Below, piece after piece: positions 56,783 through 64,000 of a stretch of DNA of 64,000 nt (the first letter of the stretch is position 1; the number at the start of each line of letters is the position of its first letter). The notes under the pieces were generated by a model. It was not told the DNA's origin, searched no databases, and saw only the letters and a program-made list of their open reading frames with translations. This DNA comes from Clostridia bacterium (GTDB taxonomy: Bacteria > Bacillota > Clostridia > JAAYHZ01). Made by a program: the position numbers and the translations under genes. The DNA is taken from the NCBI GenBank assembly GCA_050950825.1, contig JBMNIH010000004.1, forward strand, positions 352,001 through 416,000. The letters run 5' to 3'.

Positions 56783-56953
56783 ATGGACAACCAAAATAAC
56801 AAAAAGAATAAGAACAAGAATCAGGACAACAGGAACAACCAAAATCGCAACCGCAACCAAAACTGCAATAGAAACGTTGACAACCTGCAGTTTGCCGACG
56901 AATTGGCTCCTAACAACGAAAGAAACAACAAAAGAAATAACGATAACTGCTAA
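56783..56953 (+). CDS. Small Asn-rich protein (56 aa), possibly gamma-SASP-like spore protein
   Basis: RBS GGAGG; 23 of 56 residues are Asn; QFADE resembles the GPR cleavage motif; sigmaG-like GAATAA-N18-AATAATA upstream; terminator follows. Confidence 0.55.
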   Translation: MDNQNNKKNKNKNQDNRNNQNRNRNQNCNRNVDNLQFADELAPNNERNNKRNNDNC

Positions 56954-56974
56954 AACGGTTACCGCCGCATGAAG

Positions 56975-57027
56975 AAAAAAGAGAACCTTCGGACAAATTT
57001 TTTTGTCGTGCTAAGGCTCTCTTTTTT
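56975..57027. terminator. Bidirectional terminator
   Basis: AAAAAAGAGAACCTT...AAGGCTCTCTTTTTT between convergent genes. Confidence 0.6.
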
Positions 57028-57034
57028 TATACCG

Positions 57035-59107
57035 CTATTGATTTTTTAAATCCGGAAAACTATGGTTCGTCTTCGCATAACCGAACGAATCATCGGAAAG
57101 TGCTTGAATACCGTTTACGGTGACGGAGCTTGCCGAGGATTTTTGCATCCACTCCAGTTCATGGGAACCCGAAGCGTTGAAGTTCAAATGATAACGATTG
57201 TTGTCTGTTCGAATGTCTTCCAAGGCAATCCTGTTGTCGCAGGGAGAGCAAATAAAATCGTCGGTAAGATAAGCGATCCTCATATCGCAGCTGTTCACTT
57301 CAATTTCCAATCGCATGTCGTTGAAACATACGGAAACTTTACCGGGCCTGTTGTAATCGGTATTCAGAATATATACGGCAAAGAACCCGTCTTGTCGGTA
57401 TACTCCGTAACGAATCTTATCGTCCCCGATAACTTGAACCCTTGCTTTTCTTTGTTCTCCCGAGAGTATGGATTTCAAGATTGTCTTAAACAGCCTTCGT
57501 AAGCTTTCGGCACCGGGATAATCCCAAGCCGTTAATAAGGTTGCGGTTCCTTTACCGCAAGCGTACTCCGTCAAAATGGGGGGACGGTTCTCAAATGTAT
57601 TGAAAAAACGATCGGATAGAACGGCAATCACTTTACCGCCCTTCATTTCAATATCCGCACTTCGGATAAGACCGTCTGCGCACATCGGATCGCATGCTTC
57701 GTCTTTAGTACAAGGATACAGACACCCGTCTACCGTGCTTTCTTCGATGAATTTTACGCCCCAAGCATGTCGACGGCCGGGTCCCTTTACAACAACGCCA
57801 AACAGATCCGATACGTCGCCATTGCGGATAATCGAAAATTCTTGATTTCGAACGTCATTTGTACTCAGATGGGGGATAGATGCCAACAGTTTACCGCCTT
57901 GTTCCACATAGGCCTTCAGCTTGTCGTATAACTCTTCGGTCATGGTATTCCAACCTACAAATATCAAATAATCGTAATCGGATAACACCTTTAACGGTGC
58001 TTCCACCGGAACCAAGTCGTACTGTCCGTATGGGACGGAAAAAGAGGTATCGTTTTGTCCGTAATTGTGAGGATGGTACCAAGGATCGCCTTTGAATAAT
58101 TCGTCTGTAACAACGGACCACCCCTTTTCTGCAGAACCGTATACCCAATCCTCCTTACCAAAATTGTTCCATACCGTAGACCCGCCCCAGCCGGTGTATC
58201 CGTCCAAGTAGCCGTGTAAAAATGCGACTTTCACTTCCGGTCCGGACTGAGGACGGTAATGAAGACGTGCAAAATCGGTGAATTCATTTCGGATGTCACG
58301 GTACGTTTTGCAAAGAGGATGATTCGTATCGTAATGATATCCATAGGAAGATATGCTGATATCGCCGCTTTCCGGATAAATGTATTTGGCTCCCGATAAA
58401 AAAGCGTAATAATATGCGACTTTCAACCGCTTATACTTAAGCGGGTCGTCGTTTCGAAATCCGCCGTACCACTCATGAGCAATATGGCTTGACCATATCT
58501 TTTTATTATATGCTTTACATGCGCCTCTTGCCGAGGCAAACATGATTTCAGGATTGCCGCACATCATTTCAATAACGGTGTGGTCCACGCCGGCTTCGAA
58601 GTTATACCGACTGAATACCGTAGCTTCGACGGCCAGAACAGAAGGAACGTCTAATTTACGGTCGATATCGACGCAAGACCTTACATGTTCGATATAGGCT
58701 TGCTTTGCTTGGCTCAGGGTTTGAAAATCGGGCTTCTCCATATTCAAAACGTCGTAGTACCCCTCAAGCCAACTGGCCAAACCGCCGGTTTCGCCGATCA
58801 TGTCGCCTAGGAAATATTCTCCTGCCGTTTGTTTGAGTTCCTCAACGATCTCCGGAGTCAAATGCGTGTCTTTTCCTTCCGGTGCACCTCTTTGCTGGGT
58901 ATACAAGAAAGCGAATGTGATCTTATGCTTTTTGAAAAACTCTCCCCATTCGCGCCAAAGCTTTCTCGGCATTTCCACCGGTTTCATCATAATCAATACG
59001 AAATCCAATTTGTCCGGATCAAAATGATCTTCGATGTATTTCGTAAAATTCTCGTAATCGGAAATATGTTCTCCGATCTCGATCCCCGTTTTTGCATAGT
59101 CCTTCAT
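57035..59107 (-). CDS. Hypothetical cytoplasmic protein, probably glycoside hydrolase-like (TIM barrel plus trimerisation-like domain)
   Basis: 690 aa with RBS GGAGG. LSDYDYLIFVGW...LKAYVEQGGKL resembles a GH42 trimerisation/GATase-like domain; candidate Glu in IGET and IAHEWYGG. Confidence 0.55.
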   Translation of the reverse strand: MKDYAKTGIEIGEHISDYENFTKYIEDHFDPDKLDFVLIMMKPVEMPRKLWREWGEFFKKHKITFAFLYTQQRGAPEGKDTHLTPEIVEELKQTAGEYFLGDMIGETGGLASWLEGYYDVLNMEKPDFQTLSQAKQAYIEHVRSCVDIDRKLDVPSVLAVEATVFSRYNFEAGVDHTVIEMMCGNPEIMFASARGACKAYNKKIWSSHIAHEWYGGFRNDDPLKYKRLKVAYYYAFLSGAKYIYPESGDISISSYGYHYDTNHPLCKTYRDIRNEFTDFARLHYRPQSGPEVKVAFLHGYLDGYTGWGGSTVWNNFGKEDWVYGSAEKGWSVVTDELFKGDPWYHPHNYGQNDTSFSVPYGQYDLVPVEAPLKVLSDYDYLIFVGWNTMTEELYDKLKAYVEQGGKLLASIPHLSTNDVRNQEFSIIRNGDVSDLFGVVVKGPGRRHAWGVKFIEESTVDGCLYPCTKDEACDPMCADGLIRSADIEMKGGKVIAVLSDRFFNTFENRPPILTEYACGKGTATLLTAWDYPGAESLRRLFKTILKSILSGEQRKARVQVIGDDKIRYGVYRQDGFFAVYILNTDYNRPGKVSVCFNDMRLEIEVNSCDMRIAYLTDDFICSPCDNRIALEDIRTDNNRYHLNFNASGSHELEWMQKSSASSVTVNGIQALSDDSFGYAKTNHSFPDLKNQ

Positions 59108-59170
59108 TTTTTAACCTCCAAAAAAAGAAAAACCGTTGACACGGTTATATAAAATAAATGATTTATTGCT

Positions 59171-60010
59171 TTACGGCTTAAATAGCGGTTCCGTGCCTTG
59201 ACTTTTTTCTTTTAAAATGTTTATTTCGTCTTCGGTAATCGGTGTGAAATTTTGACCGACCTCCATAGCCCATCGGAGGAAGTTCATATGTCCCGGTGTA
59301 AGGGCCGTTGTCACGGGTTGGCTTAAGGTATATCGTAAAGCCAATTGTGCCAACTCCTTGTCTTCCACCGGCTTGTACCAGGTTTTCGGGTATTCCTTGT
59401 AATCCTTCGGACGAGTCGTATGGGCCATACCTTTTAAGGCAAGAACGGCAAGGTCTTTTTTCACGGCGGTTTCCATGATTCTTTTACCGAATCCGTTTGT
59501 TAGAAAGCAAACCCAATTTACCGGAAACATGACGGCATCAAAATCAAACCGGTTCATCAAATATATGGCGGCATCTTCCGAATGCACGGAGAAACCTAAA
59601 TAACGAATATATCCTTTGTCTCGCGCTTTAACAAGGGCTTCCAGAGCTCCTTTCGGTCCTAAACATGTTTTAGCTTCTTCTACGTTGTTTACTCCGTGAA
59701 GCAAGTACAAATCAAACCGGTCTGTTTTTAACTTCTTTAAAGAGTCCGACAATTCTTTATCCGCTTCATCCGCCATCCGCTTGGTCGTTTTGCATGTAAG
59801 GAAAATGCCGTCTCTCTTGCCTACCAGCCCGGGTCCCATACGATCCTGTGCGTTTCCGTAAGTAGGGGCGACATCGAAATAGTTGATACCGATGTCCACG
59901 GCTTCTGCGATATATTCATTTGCTTCTTCTTGGGATACATTGGAGACCAATATGCCTCCGAACCCTATAATCGATAGCATTTCGCTGTTTTTAAACTCTC
60001 GTTTTTGCAT
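59171..60010 (-). CDS. Aldo/keto reductase
   Basis: GINYFDVAPTYG, LTCKT, SLKKLKTDRFDLYLLH, IRYLGFSVH. Confidence 0.9.
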   Translation of the reverse strand: MQKREFKNSEMLSIIGFGGILVSNVSQEEANEYIAEAVDIGINYFDVAPTYGNAQDRMGPGLVGKRDGIFLTCKTTKRMADEADKELSDSLKKLKTDRFDLYLLHGVNNVEEAKTCLGPKGALEALVKARDKGYIRYLGFSVHSEDAAIYLMNRFDFDAVMFPVNWVCFLTNGFGKRIMETAVKKDLAVLALKGMAHTTRPKDYKEYPKTWYKPVEDKELAQLALRYTLSQPVTTALTPGHMNFLRWAMEVGQNFTPITEDEINILKEKSQGTEPLFKP

Positions 60011-60134
60011 ACCGCATCAAAGACCGGATCTCGGTCCTGTTCCTCCTCTTCTTTTTGCTTATGCTCCATTTTATCATAAAAAAAAGAGAAATACATACGT
60101 ACTCTCTTTTTGTGGCTTACGGCAAGAAACTTCT

Positions 60135-60872
60135 TTATAACACCTTTGCAAGGAATTGCTTCAATCTCGGACTTTTCGGATTGGTAAATAATTCTTTCGG
60201 CGTATTTTCCTCAACGATTTTACCTTCGTCCATAAAAATGCATCGAGTACCGACTTCGCGAGCAAACCCCATTTCATGGGTAACGACCACCATGGTCATT
60301 CCGCTCTTCGCCAAGTCTCTCATTACATCCAATACCTCACCGACCATCTCCGGATCCAATGCACTGGTAGGCTCGTCAAAAAGCATCACATCCGGCTGCA
60401 TACAAAGCGCTCGTACGATGGCAATTCTCTGCTTTTGTCCTCCGGACAATTGGGAAGGGTAGGCGTTCTTTCGATCGCTTAATCCTACTCGTTCTAAAAG
60501 CTCTATGGCTCTGCGAACGGCGTCTTCTTTTGAATAGTTCAGCAGCTTTGTAGGACCTAAAATCAGATTTTCCAACACGGTTTTGTGAGGAAAGAGATTA
60601 AATTGTTGAAATACCATTCCCATTTTTTGGCGGTGCTTGTTAATGTCCACCTTCGGATCGGTTATATCTACATTTTCAAAATACACTTTACCGCCTGTCG
60701 GAGTTTCCAATAGGTTTAAGCAGCGAAGGAAAGTGGATTTTCCGCTTCCGGAAGGACCTATGACAACAACTACATCTCCTTTTCGTATCTCGGCGTTCAC
60801 TCCGTCTAAAGCTTTAAGGTTGCCGAAATATTTCTGCAAGTTTTCCACACGTATCAATTCGTCATCGATCAC
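60135..60872 (-). CDS. Polar amino-acid ABC transporter ATP-binding protein (GlnQ-like)
   Basis: [38 protein letters not shown]. Confidence 0.95.
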   Translation of the reverse strand: MIDDELIRVENLQKYFGNLKALDGVNAEIRKGDVVVVIGPSGSGKSTFLRCLNLLETPTGGKVYFENVDITDPKVDINKHRQKMGMVFQQFNLFPHKTVLENLILGPTKLLNYSKEDAVRRAIELLERVGLSDRKNAYPSQLSGGQKQRIAIVRALCMQPDVMLFDEPTSALDPEMVGEVLDVMRDLAKSGMTMVVVTHEMGFAREVGTRCIFMDEGKIVEENTPKELFTNPKSPRLKQFLAKVL

Positions 60873-61569
60873 TGCTTCGCAACCTCCTTTCCAAGAGTGT
60901 CACGCCTTTTGATAAAAATACGACCATGACAAGGTAGATGAGAGCGACGGCAAGCAAAGGCATCAATGCGTCATACGTTCTGCCGCGGATAATATCTCCG
61001 CCCTTTGTCAAATCCTGAAGAGCTATGTATCCGGAGACGGATGTTTCTTTCAGCAATACGATAAACTCGTTGGCCAAAGCGGGCAGAACATTTTTAAAAG
61101 CTTGAGGCAAAACAATATACCACATGGTTTGGGCATAGCTGAACCCCAAGCTGCGTCCGGCTTCCATTTGGCCTTCGTCTATCGACATGATCCCGGAACG
61201 GACAATTTCGGCTACATAGGCACCGGAATTGATGCCGAAAGCGATTATGGCGGCTATAACTTTATTAATATTAACCGATGCGAAAACGACGAAATAAATG
61301 ATCAAAAGCTGAACCACGACCGGAGTACCGCGAATCACGGTAAGATAAACCTTACATATGGCATTTAATATCTTCAACCTTCCGGTTTTGTCGCATGTAG
61401 AGCGAATAATGGCTACGGTGAATCCAATAACAATACCGATTAAAACGGCAAAAAAGGTCACCTGAAGGGTGACACCCAGTCCGTTCCAAAGGTATTTCCA
61501 ACGGTTGTCCGTTATGAAGTTGTTGATAAATTTTGCTTTAAACAACGCAAACCAATCGTCCAATATCAT
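60862..61569 (-). CDS. Polar amino-acid ABC transporter permease
   Basis: [39 protein letters not shown]. Confidence 0.95.
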   Translation of the reverse strand: MILDDWFALFKAKFINNFITDNRWKYLWNGLGVTLQVTFFAVLIGIVIGFTVAIIRSTCDKTGRLKILNAICKVYLTVIRGTPVVVQLLIIYFVVFASVNINKVIAAIIAFGINSGAYVAEIVRSGIMSIDEGQMEAGRSLGFSYAQTMWYIVLPQAFKNVLPALANEFIVLLKETSVSGYIALQDLTKGGDIIRGRTYDALMPLLAVALIYLVMVVFLSKGVTLLERRLRSSDR

Positions 61570-61645
61570 CTTCCTTTTCTAATTTATTGTTATAACAAAA
61601 TACAAGGGGCGGTATCCATCGCCCCTGTAGAAACGGCTTATCAAA

Positions 61646-62392
61646 TTAACCTGCGGTAATATATTTGTCGATAATACTCTTAATAGTGCCGTCTTCCAGC
61701 ATTTCTTCCAATGCTTCGTTAATTCTCTTTAAGAGCTTATCGTTCTTCTTCGATACGGCAATGGCATACTCTTCAATGGTGAAAGCTTCCGGCAGTATTT
61801 TGATACCCTTGTTTTGGCTGACAAATACCTTTGCCGGTTCATTATCGATAACTACGGCATCCACTTTCCCTTGGAGCAAGGCCTGTACGGCTTCCACACC
61901 TTTGCTGTAGCGTTCAATTTTTGCGTCCGGATATTCGTCCGTCACATAAATGTCGCCGGTGGTGCTTTCTTGAACTCCTATGGTTTTATCGGCCAAATCG
62001 TCCGCATTCTTAATAGCGGAGTTTTCCGGAACAATAATAACCTGATATGCGATGGTATAGGGGATGGAGAAGTTTACGTTGAGTAAGCGGTCTTCCGTAA
62101 TTGTCATTCCGGCAACACCGATGTCCGCCTTACCGGTTTGAACGGCCGTGAGTATGGAACCGAATTCCATGTTTTCTATCTTAAGCTCCATGCCGAGCTT
62201 TTCCGCTAGTGCTTCGGCGATTTCCACGTCAATTCCCACAATGGCTTCACTTTCGAAATATTCATAGGGAGGGAACTCCGCATTGGTAGCCATAACGAGA
62301 ATATTATCGTCTTTGCCGCTTTTACAAGCGCTTAACGATAAAAGCATACATACCGATAAAATAATAAGTACATACTTTTTAAAATTACGCAT
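61646..62392 (-). CDS. Polar (basic) amino-acid ABC transporter substrate-binding lipoprotein
   Basis: Lipobox LSAC; MATNAEFPPYEY, GIDVEIA, GMTITEDR, IGVQ..TTGD. Confidence 0.93.
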   Translation of the reverse strand: MRNFKKYVLIILSVCMLLSLSACKSGKDDNILVMATNAEFPPYEYFESEAIVGIDVEIAEALAEKLGMELKIENMEFGSILTAVQTGKADIGVAGMTITEDRLLNVNFSIPYTIAYQVIIVPENSAIKNADDLADKTIGVQESTTGDIYVTDEYPDAKIERYSKGVEAVQALLQGKVDAVVIDNEPAKVFVSQNKGIKILPEAFTIEEYAIAVSKKNDKLLKRINEALEEMLEDGTIKSIIDKYITAG

Positions 62393-62449
62393 TTTGTATA
62401 TCCTCCTTCAACAAAAAAAACAAACAAAAAAGTCCGCTGTAGTTTCATC

Positions 62450-62500
62450 ATTATAGTATATTTATGCACATTATTCAAGTTGATTCTGTATAATTATCTA
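62450..62500 (-). promoter_or_regulatory. SigA promoter with ArgR (ARG)-like boxes
   Basis: Minus-strand TTGAAT (62478-62473)-N17-TATAAT (62455-62450). ARG-like TGCATAAATATACT (62455-62468) lies in the spacer and a second box at 62487-62500. Confidence 0.6.
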
Positions 62501-62937
62501 GGAAAACGACTCTTACGACTCTTATCTTCAATTCCAAGATTTATATCGTACAAGAACTTCACAAGGAATAATTATGGGGAAGTGAGGAAGCTTACCGAAA
62601 GCCACTAGCTTCAATACGCTTACGTAGGAAGATGCCGTATTGTAACGGCCTAAAAAATTTTGCGCAAAATCATTTTAACCGGTATAACCTCTCATGATAG
62701 AGGAAAGCCCCTTTTCATGTAAAAGTCCATCCGTTCAAAATATTATCGTGTATTTGGATAAAATTTTTCTATCAAGGAAGAATTGTTACTGTTAGAATGA
62801 TTTTTTCTACAAAAAGCAAGTGAATGATTCGTATATTTCCTGATATTCGTCCATATAACCGGAGGCCAAACTGTACATTTCAACATTGTATACATAATAC
62901 ATATTTCATAAATTTAACATAAAAATAACAAAAAATA

Positions 62938-63000
62938 TCGTTAAAATATTGACAATGTCCTGTTCTCCGGAGTATAATAACATTGATAATAATTTAACAA
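62938..63000 (+). promoter_or_regulatory. adhE SigA promoter with two Rex-like operators
   Basis: TTGACA (62949)-N18-TATAAT (62973). TCGTTAAAATATTGACAA (62938-62955) and TTGATAATAATTTAACAA (62983-63000) match the clostridial Rex box TTGTTAANNNNTTAACAA. Confidence 0.75.
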
Positions 63001-63044
63001 TACCTTAGACGGAAAAGTGAGAATGAAAGACGGGAGGTAATGAA

Positions 63045-64000
63045 ATGGCAAAAAAAGACGAAGAAGAAAAACAAGTATCCGAAATCAATGAAATGATTGA
63101 TCAATTGGTTGCAAATGCACAAGAAGCTTTAGCGGAATATATGAAAATGGATCAAGAGCAAACGGACCGAATTGTGCATGCCATGACGTTGGCCGGACTG
63201 GATAACCATATGTACTTGGCCAAGTTAGCCGTAGAAGAAACGGGCAGAGGCGTTTTTGAAGACAAAGTCATCAAAAATATGTTTGCCACGGAATATATTT
63301 ACCATTCCATAAAAGACGAAAAAACGGTAGGTATAATCGAAGAAAACGAAATGGAAGGCTATGTGGAAGTTGCGGAGCCGGTAGGGGTGGTGGCCGGAGT
63401 GACACCCGTTACAAATCCAACATCCACGACCATGTTCAAATCCATAATTTGTGCAAAGACAAGAAATCCTATCATATTCGCTTTCCATCCTTCGGCACAG
63501 CAATGCTCTAAAGAAGCGGCTCGGTTATTAAGAGATGCGGCGATAAAAAGCGGTGCACCGAAATACTGCATTCAATGGATTGAGACCCCTTCTTTAGAAG
63601 CCACAAATGCATTGATGAAGCATAACGGTGTTTCTCTCATTCTTGCAACCGGGGGAGCCGGAATGGTGAAAGCGGCCTACAGCGCGGGAAAGCCGGCGTT
63701 AGGCGTAGGTCCCGGTAACGTTCCTTGCTATATTAACAAAAACGTCGATATTAATCGTGCTTGCACCGACCTCATTATTTCAAAAACCTTTGACAACGGT
63801 ATGATTTGTGCATCGGAACAAGCGGTGATTGTAGACGAGGAAATTGCGGAAGAGTTCGAAAGAACCATGAAAAAGTACGGCTGCTATTTCCTCAAAGAAG
63901 AGGAAATCGAACCGCTCACAAAATATGTAATCAACTTGGACAAAATGGCGGTGAACGGAGCCATCGTAGGAAAGTCCGCTTACGAAATTGCGACGGGAGC
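63045..64000 (+). CDS. adhE: Bifunctional acetaldehyde-CoA/alcohol dehydrogenase, N-terminal ALDH domain (3' truncated by window; absent from the ORF track)
   Basis: Manual translation from ATG 63045 after RBS GGAGG: ETGRGVFEDKVIKN, PVTNPTSTTMFK, ILATGGAGMVKAAYS, GVGPGNVP, SKTFDNGMICASEQ. The ADH domain lies outside the window. Confidence 0.88.
   Translation, partial: MAKKDEEEKQVSEINEMIDQLVANAQEALAEYMKMDQEQTDRIVHAMTLAGLDNHMYLAKLAVEETGRGVFEDKVIKNMFATEYIYHSIKDEKTVGIIEENEMEGYVEVAEPVGVVAGVTPVTNPTSTTMFKSIICAKTRNPIIFAFHPSAQQCSKEAARLLRDAAIKSGAPKYCIQWIETPSLEATNALMKHNGVSLILATGGAGMVKAAYSAGKPALGVGPGNVPCYINKNVDINRACTDLIISKTFDNGMICASEQAVIVDEEIAEEFERTMKKYGCYFLKEEEIEPLTKYVINLDKMAVNGAIVGKSAYEIATG

Noticed and set aside
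56783-56950. AAC-rich low-complexity DNA as microsatellite or CRISPR-like array
   Set aside because: No fixed repeat-spacer periodicity; explained by Asn codons of a small ORF.

Overview
64 kb of chromosomal DNA from an endospore-forming, anaerobic Clostridia-type Firmicute, inferred from spoIID/spoIIQ/pdaA/yqfCD, adhE with Rex-like boxes and Gram-positive lipoprotein solute-binding proteins (SBPs). I saw no rRNA, tRNA, CRISPR array, transposase or phage gene. Layout: (1) 1-13.6 kb, an uncharacterised co-directional carbohydrate/amino-sugar catabolic cluster: amidohydrolase, AraA-like isomerase, GNAT, two recently duplicated GH109-like Gfo/Idh/MocA enzymes, FGGY kinase, orphan SBP, class-III aminotransferase, two further Gfo/Idh/MocA enzymes and LacI. 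This is the best candidate for an undescribed pathway. (2) 13.6-21 kb, acyl-CoA ligase, 2-hydroxyacid dehydrogenase, a breakpoint near 17.81 kb joining two 5'-truncated genes back to back, a URO-D-like protein and an M55 peptidase. (3) 21-31.5 kb, spoIID-spoIIQ-pdaA-yqfC-yqfD-phoH-pgpH-ybeY-cdd-era-recO. (4) 31.5-41 kb, acyltransferase, HAD hydrolase, a methanogen-type homocysteine module (DUF39/NIL-ferredoxin/UPF0280), proBA and a class A PBP. (5) 41-54.6 kb, two frameshifted genes, cysD-cysN-cysC, htpG, wecC-like gene, O-antigen-ligase-family gene and a GHMP kinase. (6) 54.8-64 kb, a second URO-D-like gene, small proteins including an Asn-rich SASP-like peptide, an sRNA candidate, a GH-like protein, an aldo/keto reductase, a polar amino-acid ABC transporter with ARG-like boxes and the 5' part of adhE. 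All calls come from motif recognition by eye; no database search was run.
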